From: an uncultured delta proteobacterium
Lineage (GTDB): Bacteria > Desulfobacterota > Binatia > DP-6
Assembly: GCA_963815115.1 (NCBI GenBank)
Contig: CAWFFN010000009.1
Coordinates: 1,856,001 to 1,920,000 of the forward strand
Length of the DNA: 64,000 nt
Direction of reading: 5' to 3'
Shown: one piece after another, positions 12,219 through 22,012 of the stretch
Position numbering within the stretch: position 1 is the stretch's first letter
Layout of the letters: every line of letters begins with the position of its first letter
Program-made: the position numbers and the translations under genes
The notes under the pieces: model-generated
Told to the model about the DNA's origin: nothing
The model's input: the letters and a program-made list of their open reading frames with translations, nothing else
Databases searched by the model: none

Positions 12219-13224
12219 GTCTCCTCGTACAACCGCGCCGCGGCCCGCAGGTCACGTTCCACCCGCTCGCGCAGCGCGGCCGGCCGCAGGACCTTCACGT
12301 GCGGCCCGAAGCCCAGCACCCAGTTGGCCAGCTCCTCGGTTCCGCGCGCACGCATGGTGAGCAGCGTGGTGCCATCCTTCCGCTTCTGGAAGCGCTCCTC
12401 CAGGTTCAGGCGCCGGGCGCGCACCAGCGCCGCGGTCGCCGGGTCCATGAGCAGGAGCTCGACGCGTGTCTCCTCGCCGCGCATGATGCCGAAGACTCCC
12501 TGGAGGTGACGGCGCGGCGAGTAGCGTGCGGGATATTCGAAGCGCTCCGCCGTCAGCTCGACCGACCGGATGCGCTCGACCGCGAGGGTGATGATCTCGC
12601 CGTGGCGATCGCTGTGCCCGATCAGGTAGAGGCCGCCTCGATAGACGGCCAGCGTGTACGGGTCGAAGGCGTGAACCCGCGGCGCGCCGCCCGTCCCGGC
12701 GTACTCGACGCGCAGCCGGCGCTGCTTGATGAGGCCGTTCAGGATGCGGTCGACGGCGTCTTCGAGGTGGCGGTAGTGCTTCTCGATGAAGGGGATCGCG
12801 TGAAACTTGTCTCCGAGGGCTTCCAGCCGCGGCCGGTCCTCGGCACGGGCGCCCGATTCGAGCCGCTCGCAGGCGTCGTCCAGCAGCTGCTCCAGGACGG
12901 TTCCGCCCGCGAATGACAGCAGCGCGCGGGCGAGCCGGAGCGCCGCCACCTGGAAGACGGTCGATTCCCGATCCGGAGCACGCTGGACCAGGTGGATCAT
13001 GCGCCGGCCGCCCTGGCGGACGATCTCGATCCGGGGCCGTCCTGCCCGATCCGTGATGAAGTCGGTGCAGGCCTTCACGTAGCGCTCGACCGAGCGCTCC
13101 GAGACGTCGAGGTCGGCGGCGGCGGCCTCGAGGCTCCAGCCCAGGGGGCGATTGTACAGGCCGTCGACCAGCTGCGCGCAGCGCACGGCCGAGGCATGGG
13201 TCGCGGCGCCGCGCCTATCCCCAA
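12215..13224 (-). CDS. WYL-domain transcriptional regulator (wHTH-WYL-WCX; PafB/DriD-like)
   Basis: HTH AAADLDVSERSVERY; WYL core FDPYTLAVYRGGLYLIG...LAVERI; WCX WVLGFGPHVKVLRPAALR. Start uncertain: near the LGDRR codons (~13224) or ATG 13333. Confidence 0.9.
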
Positions 13225-13230
13225 GCGCCA

Positions 13231-13287
13231 GCAGGCGTTTCGGCGTGCGGACATCCGACAACGGTTGTCGCGGCACGGCGGTATCAA
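13231..13287 (+). promoter_or_regulatory. Putative WYL-regulated promoter/operator, copy 1
   Basis: GCAGGCGTTTCGGCGTGC-N7-CGACAACGGTTGTCGC-N10-TATCAA; palindrome at 13256-13270; near-identical copy at 51423-51479. Confidence 0.75.
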
Positions 13288-13331
13288 AGAGGAGTGCGAA
13301 GCGAGACGCAAGCCGAGGAAGGAGTCCACGC

Positions 13332-13511
13332 ATGAGCGGGGTGGTACACGCCCTCCGTCCGAGGGCACCCGAAGGGGGGCACCGTCGCCTCCGCCGCCCG
13401 GAGACGCCGGCGGCGCGACAGCAGCGGCGCCTGCGTCACCTCGATCGGATGAGGCAGTGGTACGCCACCCAGCTTCGCGGCGGAAAGCGAGACGACCATG
13501 TCACCGAATGA
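13332..13511 (+). CDS. Small basic hypothetical protein leading the DUF2130 operon
   Basis: AGGAAGGAG RBS before ATG 13332; 59 aa; stop overlaps the start of the DUF2130 gene. Confidence 0.4.
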   Translation: MSGVVHALRPRAPEGGHRRLRRPETPAARQQRRLRHLDRMRQWYATQLRGGKRDDHVTE

Positions 13512-14463
13512 GCACTGTCCGCTGTGCGGGCACGCGATCACGTCCGAGGAGCTGGCGGCGATCGAGACCCGGGTCCGCGAGGAGGAGCGTGCCCGCCAGC
13601 TGGCGAGCGAGGAAAAGGTCCGGCGCGAGCTGCGCGAGGAGCACGAGCGCGAGCTGGCGGCGCTGGCCGCGAGCCAGCGCGAGGCCCTGCAGGCGGACCA
13701 CGACCGGGCGCTGCTGAAGGCCCGGGCCGAGGCCAACCGCGAGAACGAGCGCCTCCAGAAGAAGACGAAGGAGCTCCAGCGCGCCCTCGAGAAGAAGACG
13801 GCGAACGACCTCGGCGACGGCCAGGAGCGGGACATCGAGGCCGACCTTCGCAGCGCGTTCATGCCCCCCGGCGGCGAGGACGCCATCCAGCGGGTCGCGC
13901 GCGGCGAGCTCGGCGCCGACATCCTGCACGACGTCCGCTACAAGGGCGTGACCTGCGGCCGGATCGTCTACGACTCCAAGAACCACAAGGCGTGGCGCAC
14001 CGACTTCGTGACCAAGCTCCGGCAGGACAGGGCACGGCACGACGCCGCGGCCGCCGTGCTCGTCACGACCGCCTTTCCCTCCGGCACGCGCTACTTCTGC
14101 GTCGACGGCGACGTCTGCATCGTCCACCCCGACGCCGTCGTCCACATCGCCGGCGTGCTGCGCCGGAGCCTGATCGCGCTCCACCGGCAAGGGCTCTCGC
14201 TGCAGGCCCGATCCGGCAAGATGGCCGCCCTCTACAGGTACCTCGCCTCGGGCGACTTCGCGGACCAGATCCGGACCGCCGAGACCCTGGTCGCCGACCT
14301 CCGCACACTCGACGCCCGCGAGCGCGACGCGCACGACAAGGTCTGGAAGGAGCGCGAGCGGCTGGTCACGCGCACGAAGGCGGCGATCGACGAGATCGAC
14401 ACCCAGATCACGGGTGTGATGGAGCGGGAGGACGGGGCGGAGCGGGAGGCGGCGGCGGGTTGA
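13498..14463 (+). CDS. DUF2130 family protein (Cys pair, coiled coil, restriction-endonuclease-like domain)
   Basis: N-terminal CPLCG; long E/R/K coiled coil; GELGADILHDV...IVYDSKNHKAW...KLRQD...AVLVT. Confidence 0.8.
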   Translation: MSPNEHCPLCGHAITSEELAAIETRVREEERARQLASEEKVRRELREEHERELAALAASQREALQADHDRALLKARAEANRENERLQKKTKELQRALEKKTANDLGDGQERDIEADLRSAFMPPGGEDAIQRVARGELGADILHDVRYKGVTCGRIVYDSKNHKAWRTDFVTKLRQDRARHDAAAAVLVTTAFPSGTRYFCVDGDVCIVHPDAVVHIAGVLRRSLIALHRQGLSLQARSGKMAALYRYLASGDFADQIRTAETLVADLRTLDARERDAHDKVWKERERLVTRTKAAIDEIDTQITGVMEREDGAEREAAAG

Positions 14464-14674
14464 GGGGGGACGGGCGAGGTGGTGCCCTTCTCATGACCCA
14501 CGAGAGGAGCCGCCTGTCGGGTTGCAGCTGGTGACGCGCCCGCGAGACGACGGCGGGCTGCTGCGTGCCGCCGCCAACTTCGAGCGCGCCCGACCCTGGG
14601 CGGATCGTCGTCCCGTGCCGTGAGCCGCCGTGCCCCCGAAGGCGGCGCCGTCGGAGAGCCGCCCAGGACCGAAG

Positions 14675-15181
14675 TCAAGGTCCGGACGCGGGACCGATCG
14701 TCCTTCTCAGGTACGCCGCGACGTCCGTCACGAAGCGGTGGACGGAAGCTTCCGCGATGCGATGACCGACGAGCGAGTCCATGGCGCTGCCCAGCAAGCC
14801 GAGCGGTGGCTCGTAGCGACCAGAGAAGTCGAGCTGAGTCTCGGTCGCGGTCAACGGGTAGATCGCGAGCTCCGCCCGCATGAACGGAAACAGGTGCGGT
14901 CGTTGGGCGGCCGTCCAGTCGAGCTGCAGGCAGGTCCGCGCCGGGGAAGTTGGCCCTCGCGGGTGTTCCTCGATCTCGTGGACCGAGATGTCGATCTCGG
15001 TGCCCATCTCGATGCCGCCGACGTCCACCCTGAGCTGCGACGCGACGGAGTGCGCGCGCGAGGCGGCCGCATGCGTCGCGGAGCGGAAGACCTCAGGGGC
15101 ATTCGCGGTCAGCGCATCGCGGACCTGCGCGTAGGGGTGGTTCACGTATTCGAAGCAGTGAATCGCTCGACCTTTGGTCAT
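14675..15181 (-). CDS. Hypothetical protein, possible SRPBCC/START-like fold
   Basis: ATG 15181; LFPFMRAELAIYPL..TQLDFSGRYEPPLG..G..D..VGHRIAEAS pattern. Confidence 0.7.
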   Translation of the reverse strand: MTKGRAIHCFEYVNHPYAQVRDALTANAPEVFRSATHAAASRAHSVASQLRVDVGGIEMGTEIDISVHEIEEHPRGPTSPARTCLQLDWTAAQRPHLFPFMRAELAIYPLTATETQLDFSGRYEPPLGLLGSAMDSLVGHRIAEASVHRFVTDVAAYLRRTIGPASGP

Positions 15182-15496
15182 CGGCTGCTCACGGGTTCGT
15201 CGCCGGAGTCCTGGTCCGGGCGAGCTGGGCGAACGCCTCGTCGACCATGCGCGGCATGCTCGACCTCCAGGGCTTCTCATGACAAGGGTCGGCGAGGGAA
15301 GCAACGGTGTCGTCGCCGGCGCCACGGCGGGGTCCTGACCGTTTCCGTCGATGGTCTGCACCCCGCCTGTTCGAGCGGCGGAGGGTCGCGAGTCGTTCCG
15401 GTGCCGGTGGCCGCCGAGCCGTAGGCCATTTCGATCGACATCCGTCACACCGTTCGGGTAAGCTCCATCTTCCATCGATCGCGGAGGACCTACCAA

Positions 15497-17491
15497 ATGA
15501 ACGTCCGCTCAGCTTCTCTCCCCCTGCTGCTCCTGCTGTCCGCCTCGCGCGGCTTCGCCGGAGTCTGCACCACCGGCCCGACCGACCCCGCCAGCCTCGG
15601 CATCGACCTCTCCCAGCAGGCGTTCTGCGACCCGCTGGTGCCGGAGCAGTGCATGCTGCCCTTCCCCAACGACTACTTCACCGTCGCCGATGCCAGCTCC
15701 AAGACGCGGCGGCGCATCCACTTCACGCCCCAGGGCCTGCCGAAGAACGACGCGGCCGTCCCGCTGGACTCCACCGAGCTCAACCGGTCCGACGGCTTCA
15801 GCCCGGGCGCGGCCCTGCTGTTCTGGATGCCGGCCGCCGACCTGGTGCGCTCGAACGCCCCGGCCATCAACGACATCGGACGGTCCCTCGAGCCCGGCTC
15901 GCCCATCGTCATCGTCGACGCGCGCAGCGGCAAGCGCGTGCCGCTGTGGGCCGAGCGCGACCTGCTGTCGGCGCCGGGAAGCCAGTCGCTGATCGTGCGA
16001 CCGGCGATCGACTACACCGACGGGCGCCGGTACGTCGTCGCCATCCGCAGCCTCGTCGACGCCGACGGGAATGCGATACCGCCGTCGCCCGCCTTCGCCG
16101 CGTACCGCGACGGGACCTGCACGACGGACGCGACCTTCGAATCCCGCCGTCCGGCGATGGAGGAGGTCTTCCGTACTCTGGGTAAGGCCGGAATCGATCG
16201 CGGCGGTCTCCAGCTGGCGTGGGACTTCACGGTCGCCAGCACGCAGAGCACCACTGGCCGGATGCTCAAGATCCGCGACGACGCCTTCAAGGCGCTCGGC
16301 AGCAAGGCGCCCACGTTCACCATCACCTCGGTGCAGGAGAACCCGTCGCCGCAATTCCGCCGCCGGGTCCAGGGGACGTTCGAGGTCCCGCTCTACCTCA
16401 CCGGCGACGGCAGCCCCGGCCAGCGCTTCGCGCTCGGTCCCGACGGGCTTCCGCAGCGCCAGCCGCTTCCGTTCACGGCGACCTTCACGTGCAACCTGCC
16501 GAACAGCGCGATTCCCGGGCCGGCGCGCATGAGCATGTACGGTCACGGACTCCTCGGGGACCAGAGCGAGGTCAACGGCTCGCTCGTCCGTCCCATGGCC
16601 GCCACCTACAACGTCGCCTACTGCGCCACCGACTGGATCGGCATGGCGGAGGAGGACATCGGCAACGCCATCGCCGTCCTGCAGGACCTCTCGCAGTTTC
16701 CGAGCCTGGCCGACCGGCTCCAGCAGGGACTCCTCAACTTCCTCTTCCTCGGCCGGCTGATGAAGCACCCCGATGGCTTCGCCAGCAACGACGCCTTCAC
16801 GATCGACGGCGCGCCCGCGCTCAACACCAAGGAGCTGTACTTCGACGGCAACAGTCAGGGCGCCATCCTCGGCGGCTCCCTGTGCGCGGTGGCCCGTGAC
16901 TTCCGCCGGTGCGTCCTCGCCGAGGCCGGCATGAACTACTCGACCCTGCTGAACCGCAGCGTCGATTTCGACCTCTACAAGCTCGTGCTCGACGGGAGCT
17001 ATCCGGATCCGTTCACCCAGCTGCTCTCGCTCAACATCGTCCAGATGCTGTGGGATCGCGGTGAGACCAACGGGTACGCCCAGCACCTGACCCGCAAGTC
17101 TCTCCCGCACACGCCGCAGCACACCATCCTGCTGCTCGGCGCCGTCGGCGACCATCAGGTGAGCGAGTTCGCGCTCCAGGTCGAGGCCCGCACCATCGGT
17201 GCCTACGGTCACGTCCCCTACGTCGCGTCCGGCCGCGAGTTCGGCGGCGAGCACGGCTTCGGCATCCCGCCGCTCCCGCCGTCCTCGTGGCCGCGTTCGG
17301 CCTACTTCCTGTTCGACACCGGCTCCCCGCTCTCGCCGCTGGAGAATCGCCCGCCGCGCGACGGTCACGATCCGCACGACGACACCCCGAAGATCCAGGC
17401 GGCGCAGCAGCTGAAGGACATGTTCTGGAGGCCGCGGGGGTTCGTCAACGACGTGTGCAACGGAGGGCCGTGCACCGGGCCGCAGTTCTGA
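15497..17491 (+). CDS. Secreted alpha/beta-hydrolase-like (lipase-like) protein
   Basis: GGAGG RBS; signal peptide; LPFPND, DGFS and YGHGLLG motifs; nucleophile elbow GNSQG; C-terminal DPH. Confidence 0.8.
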   Translation: MNVRSASLPLLLLLSASRGFAGVCTTGPTDPASLGIDLSQQAFCDPLVPEQCMLPFPNDYFTVADASSKTRRRIHFTPQGLPKNDAAVPLDSTELNRSDGFSPGAALLFWMPAADLVRSNAPAINDIGRSLEPGSPIVIVDARSGKRVPLWAERDLLSAPGSQSLIVRPAIDYTDGRRYVVAIRSLVDADGNAIPPSPAFAAYRDGTCTTDATFESRRPAMEEVFRTLGKAGIDRGGLQLAWDFTVASTQSTTGRMLKIRDDAFKALGSKAPTFTITSVQENPSPQFRRRVQGTFEVPLYLTGDGSPGQRFALGPDGLPQRQPLPFTATFTCNLPNSAIPGPARMSMYGHGLLGDQSEVNGSLVRPMAATYNVAYCATDWIGMAEEDIGNAIAVLQDLSQFPSLADRLQQGLLNFLFLGRLMKHPDGFASNDAFTIDGAPALNTKELYFDGNSQGAILGGSLCAVARDFRRCVLAEAGMNYSTLLNRSVDFDLYKLVLDGSYPDPFTQLLSLNIVQMLWDRGETNGYAQHLTRKSLPHTPQHTILLLGAVGDHQVSEFALQVEARTIGAYGHVPYVASGREFGGEHGFGIPPLPPSSWPRSAYFLFDTGSPLSPLENRPPRDGHDPHDDTPKIQAAQQLKDMFWRPRGFVNDVCNGGPCTGPQF

Positions 17492-17730
17492 GGCGGGAGC
17501 GCGCCGTCCCGCTCGCCCATGCCAGCGACGCGATCGCGTACATGGCGAGCGGGAACGACTAGTGGAATCACACTGCCCGCGCGTTGGAGCGGTTCCGCGC
17601 ACGCCTGCGCGGCTGTGGACGAGGGATCGGTGGTCGTGAAGGCAGGAACGGCGATCGTCGCGGCAGTGAGCGCGACCAGCGCCCAGAACAGGATCGGCAA
17701 CGCGTGCTTCGGCTCGATCGAGTGATCCAC
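17365..17730 (-). CDS. Possible small membrane protein
   Basis: GTG 17730, hydrophobic LPILFWALVALTAATIAV, preceded by an ECF-type promoter. The 3' end overlaps the convergent gene by ~127 nt, so the end is doubtful. Confidence 0.35.
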   Translation of the reverse strand: MDHSIEPKHALPILFWALVALTAATIAVPAFTTTDPSSTAAQACAEPLQRAGSVIPLVVPARHVRDRVAGMGERDGALPPQNCGPVHGPPLHTSLTNPRGLQNMSFSCCAAWIFGVSSCGS

Positions 17731-17746
17731 GGTCGTCGAGCGTCGG

Positions 17747-17773
17747 TACGCCACCGCACGCCGCACCGGATCT
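17747..17773 (-). promoter_or_regulatory. Putative ECF sigma promoter AGATCC-N17-CGTA
   Basis: Same geometry as the motifs at 21368 and 23686. Confidence 0.5.
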
Positions 17774-17828
17774 GGCGGCGTGCGGCGGCGCCGGATCCCC
17801 GACTGCCGGACGTCACGGTGTGACGGGT

Positions 17829-20800
17829 TCAGACGATCCAGCGGACGGGACGTGACGAATCGCACAGGTAGATGCAGCGCGTCCCGGTCCGGATGCGGAC
17901 GAGCAGATGCTCGGCGAGCGCGGGCATCTGCGGCGAGATGCGGCGCAGCGCACCCCGGATCCGCTGCGTCACCGTCGAGCGCGCGCGCTCTGCAGCCGCC
18001 GGATCGGCACCGTCCAGGTCCGCGCCTTCGGCAGCGAGATCGAGCGCAAGAAGCGGCTCGCCGGCGCAGGCGAGCAACCGGGCCAGGTAGCGCAAACCCT
18101 TGGTGTCGCGCATGCGGGCGACCTGGCCATTCCAGCCGAGTGTCCACACCTCGCCGTCGCGCAGGAGGATGCCAGTGCTGGGCGCGACCTGCGGCGAGGA
18201 CGTCGCGACGTGCCCGGCCGGAGCGCGCCCGCGGGCGGCGAGCTCGAGTCCGACGGCGCGCTCGAGCACGACGGGCATGCCGAGCCTGTCGGCGATGTCC
18301 ACCGCCGCCGCCGCCAGGGTCGCGGCTCGCGACCGGTCGCCCGGGCCGTTGCGCGCGAGCAGCAGCTCCGCCCAGTGGCAGCGCGTGCGCGCCGTCCACG
18401 GCACGGCGCCGAGGCCCTCGTCGAATGCCAGCGCTGCCGCGAAGTGATGCTCCGCCTCGTCGACGCCCCCGAGCTCGCCCGCGAGGAGGCCGAGGTACGT
18501 CGCGCTGCATCCCCAGTAGGCGGCGAGGTGGCCCAGCACGACGGCGCGCGTACCGTACGGCGCCAGCCGTGCGTGCAGGACGCGTGCGGCGCCGGTGTCG
18601 TGCAGGAGCGCGCTGAGCTCGGCGAGCATCGTCACGGTCGGAAGAAGGAATCCGTCGGGGGCGAGCCGATCGAGGTCGCGGGCGACCAGTCGCCTGAGCG
18701 CCTCGCGTGCCTCCGGCACGCGTCCGATCTGGGCATGGAGGAGGGCGAGCCCCGCCTCGCACAGGAAGCGGCGGGGATGGGAATCGATCTGGAGGCCCAT
18801 CTGCGGCTCCATCTCCGCCAGCCGTCCCTGCTCCCGCCGCAGCACGCTGCGCTGGCCGAACACGACGCTCGCGACGTCGTGGTCGGGGCGCACGCGTCCC
18901 GCGAGCGCCGAGACCGTGTCGATGGCACGGTCGGCGTCGGCGAGCTGTCCCCGCATGAGCAGCTCGAACCCGCGCAGGATCGCCCTCCAGTACTCGACGT
19001 CGATCGGCAGCCGCTCGCCGAGTCGGGCGTCGTGCAGCAGACGGCGGGCACCGCGTAGATCGCCCTGCTCGACCAGGTCGACCAGCACCTGGAAGATCGC
19101 GGCGACCACCTTGTCGGGGTCGCCGAGCGCGCGTGCCGCGCGCAACGTTTCGCGCGCCAGCGCCTGGCGCTCCTGGAGATCGACGGAGCCGAGCAGACCC
19201 CAGTGCCGGCTGGTTCCCGCGGCCGCGATCGCGCTGCGATCCCCCGAGTCGCGCGCCAGGGCGAGCGCCTGCGCGCTGAGCGCGTCGTGGGCACCTGCGT
19301 CGCCCCCGGCGAGTCCCTCGAGGGCGAGCTTCGCGAGCACCCGGGCGCGCAACGCGGGAGCGCGATCGCCCAGCGTGTCGAGGGTCGCTTCGAGAAGTCT
19401 GACATGCTCGCGGTCGACACCGAGGCTCAGCGAGAACTGCCCGCCACGAAACTGCAGCGCGGCACGAACGAGAACATCGGGCAGGGCGAGGTGCGCCGCG
19501 AGATCGGCCGCTGCGAGGACCGCACGCCGCGCGGCCTCCGCATCTCCCGCCCGCGAACGTGCCTCGCCCAGCGCGAGGAGCAGCTCGGCCCGCTTCCTCG
19601 CGTCGACGGGCGGTGCCAGCTCGAGCGCGTCCAGGGCGCCGCCGAAGTGACGGCCGGCATCCTCCCATTCCCAGCGCGCGTTCGCCTGCGCCGCCGCGCG
19701 CTCCGACCAGGCAGCGGCCTGACCGGCGCAACCGATCGTCGCCGCGAGGAAGAAATGGCGCGCGATGGCTGCCGCAGGAGGGTCGGTCGCTTGCGTGTGG
19801 AGGGCGACGAGGGCCCCGGCGACGGCGTGGTGGAGGCGCGCTCGCGTGCGACCGTCGAGCTCGTCGTACAGCGCTTCCTGGATGAGACCGTGAGTGAATC
19901 TCCACCGTCCCGGCCGCCCGGGCCGCTCGTCCAGGATTCCCTCGCGCACCGCCTCGTCGAGGAGCGCGAGCACGTCGACGCTCGACGGCGCGACGACGCG
20001 CTCCACGACCGGCTGTGCGCACTCTTCTCCGATGACCGCGATCAGCCGCAGCAGACAGGTGCAATCGGGCGACACGTGCGCCAGGCGCCGGCGGGCGACG
20101 GCGCGCACGCCGTCGGGGATCACGGGCGCTCCGTCTTTCCGCCCGAGGAGCTCGATCAGCTCACCGATGAAGAACGGATTGCCCCCGCTCCGCCTCGCGA
20201 GGGCGGCGACGATCGAGGAATCCGCCGCACCACCCGCCGCGACGGCCACCCAGCTGGCGATGGCCGCTTCGTCGAGGCCGGCGAGGGGGATCCTGCGCGT
20301 GGCAGGTACCCGATGCATCGTGTCGGGGGACGCGAGCTCGCCCGTCCGGATCGTGCCGACGATCGCGAGCCGCGTTCCTTCGAGCCGTGCGGCCAACGAC
20401 CGGAGCAACGCGAGTGACCCCGGGTCCGTCGCGTGCAGGTCGTCGAGGACGATGAGCAGCGGACCCCGCGCTGCGGTCTCACAGACGCTCCGCACCCATT
20501 CGGCGGGATCGGGCGAGCCGGGTTCGGAGTCACGCGAGGGGTGTCCGGCTCGCAGCGCCGTCAATCCGCGCATCACCTGGAGCCACGGCCCGTACTCCGT
20601 CGGGTCATCCTCGACCGCCGAAGCCCACAGGACGTCGAATCCGCGGTCTCTGGCCGTCGCCGCCAGCGCCTGCGCCGTGCGCGTCTTGCCGATGCCGTCC
20701 TCGCCCGTGAGCAGGACGAGCCGTCCATCGCCTTCCGCGGCCGCTGCCAGCTCCGCTCGCAACGTCGCGAGCTCGCGCTCCCGACCCACGAACGGCCGCG

Positions 20801-20906
20801 CGGGGGCTGACGGGGCGAGCGGGGGTGGCACCGCGTGCAGCGCGGACACATCCTCGTCGCTCCAGGGCGTTCGAGCGCGCTCCGGGGCGAGTTCCGCCGT
20901 GTGCAT
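17829..20906 (-). CDS. STAND/AAA_16 ATPase with TPR-like region and short C-terminal DNA-binding-like domain
   Basis: FVGREREL, Walker A GEDGIGKTR, Walker B LIVLDDLH, SGGNPFF, FTHGLIQEALY; C-terminal TKGLRYLARLL..ERARSTVTQRIR..IRTG. Confidence 0.85.
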   Translation of the reverse strand: MHTAELAPERARTPWSDEDVSALHAVPPPLAPSAPARPFVGRERELATLRAELAAAAEGDGRLVLLTGEDGIGKTRTAQALAATARDRGFDVLWASAVEDDPTEYGPWLQVMRGLTALRAGHPSRDSEPGSPDPAEWVRSVCETAARGPLLIVLDDLHATDPGSLALLRSLAARLEGTRLAIVGTIRTGELASPDTMHRVPATRRIPLAGLDEAAIASWVAVAAGGAADSSIVAALARRSGGNPFFIGELIELLGRKDGAPVIPDGVRAVARRRLAHVSPDCTCLLRLIAVIGEECAQPVVERVVAPSSVDVLALLDEAVREGILDERPGRPGRWRFTHGLIQEALYDELDGRTRARLHHAVAGALVALHTQATDPPAAAIARHFFLAATIGCAGQAAAWSERAAAQANARWEWEDAGRHFGGALDALELAPPVDARKRAELLLALGEARSRAGDAEAARRAVLAAADLAAHLALPDVLVRAALQFRGGQFSLSLGVDREHVRLLEATLDTLGDRAPALRARVLAKLALEGLAGGDAGAHDALSAQALALARDSGDRSAIAAAGTSRHWGLLGSVDLQERQALARETLRAARALGDPDKVVAAIFQVLVDLVEQGDLRGARRLLHDARLGERLPIDVEYWRAILRGFELLMRGQLADADRAIDTVSALAGRVRPDHDVASVVFGQRSVLRREQGRLAEMEPQMGLQIDSHPRRFLCEAGLALLHAQIGRVPEAREALRRLVARDLDRLAPDGFLLPTVTMLAELSALLHDTGAARVLHARLAPYGTRAVVLGHLAAYWGCSATYLGLLAGELGGVDEAEHHFAAALAFDEGLGAVPWTARTRCHWAELLLARNGPGDRSRAATLAAAAVDIADRLGMPVVLERAVGLELAARGRAPAGHVATSSPQVAPSTGILLRDGEVWTLGWNGQVARMRDTKGLRYLARLLACAGEPLLALDLAAEGADLDGADPAAAERARSTVTQRIRGALRRISPQMPALAEHLLVRIRTGTRCIYLCDSSRPVRWIV

Positions 20907-21367
20907 GTTGCCCTTCGGCGGTACGACGGCAGGAGACGCTTCGGATCTGTGAGCGGACGGACCTGGCGATGCTGAGTGCCGGGCGGCGGCGCGGACCGCG
21001 CTCCCCCTACGCGGCCGCGCCGGGCCGCCCGTCACGGCTCGCCGAGATGCAACGCATGCCCCCGAGATCGGGCGCGTCCGTCCCCCTCCGGCGGGAGCTC
21101 GTGCTGCGCGACGACGCCGCGACGGAGGCGGCGCTCGGAGCTACCCCACGGACGCGCGTGCCGGTCGGATGACGATCGCATGTTCCTCCGTACGCGACCC
21201 CGCTGAGACGCAGATGGGCGAGGACAGGGCGCGATTCGCGCCGCTCAGTCGAACCCGACTCGCCCGTGTCACGAATGGGTCCCGAGAGGCGGGGACATCA
21301 CGTCGTGACGCCGCGGGGCCGCTCTGGCAGGGGTCCGTTGGAGGGCGTCGGACGTGGCGCACCGGAC

Positions 21368-21394
21368 AGATCTGGTTGCCGACAAACCGTCGTA
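21368..21394 (+). promoter_or_regulatory. Putative autoregulated ECF promoter AGATCT-N17-CGTA
   Basis: Lies 22 nt upstream of the sigma factor GTG; CGTA -10 is typical of ECF promoters. Confidence 0.5.
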
Positions 21395-21415
21395 GTGGTC
21401 TATAGAAGGGCAATC

Positions 21416-22012
21416 GTGGAGGCGAAGCAGGTTCTGGTCCTCCAGCCGCAACCGGACGATCTCGCGAGCCTCATCGCGCGGACGGCCCGCGGCGATGAGG
21501 TCGCGCTGGCGGACCTCTATGACCAGACGTGTGCGACGGTCTACGGGCTCGCCCTCCGCATTGCCCGGGACCGCCCGACGGCGGAAGAGGTGACTGCGGA
21601 CGTGTATCTGCAGGTGTGGCGGCAGGCCGCGCGATTCGACCCCGCGAGGGGGACGCCGCTCTCCTGGTTGCTCGTGCTGACGCGCAGCCGCGCCATCGAG
21701 CAGCTGCGCGCCCGTGCCCGGCAGCTCGAGGAGCCCGGACATATGGACGAGATGCCGGAGAGGGCGGAGGAGGGACCCGGCCCGGAGGAGCAGTCCGCGG
21801 CGGCGCAGCGCCGTCGCCTCGTCCGCCGCGCGCTGATGGAGCTCCCGCACGAGCAGCACCAGGTGATCGAGCGGGCGTACTTCCTCGGCCTGAGCCACGC
21901 CGAGATCGCCGTGATGCTCGGCGAGCCGCTCGGTACCGTGAAGACGCGTATCCGTCTCGCGATGGTCCGCCTGCGCTCGGCGCTCGCGATGGTGCGTGAG
22001 GGGGCTCTCTGA
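21416..22012 (+). CDS. ECF RNA polymerase sigma factor (SigK-like)
   Basis: AEEVTADVYLQVWRQAARFDPARG..WL; YFLGLSHAEIA..LGEPLGTVKTRIR. Confidence 0.92.
   Translation: MEAKQVLVLQPQPDDLASLIARTARGDEVALADLYDQTCATVYGLALRIARDRPTAEEVTADVYLQVWRQAARFDPARGTPLSWLLVLTRSRAIEQLRARARQLEEPGHMDEMPERAEEGPGPEEQSAAAQRRRLVRRALMELPHEQHQVIERAYFLGLSHAEIAVMLGEPLGTVKTRIRLAMVRLRSALAMVREGAL

Noticed and set aside
21380-21392. CGAC-N5-GTCG as a third WYL box
   Set aside because: The spacer is 5 rather than 7 nt and the flanking blocks are missing; it is better explained as part of the ECF promoter.
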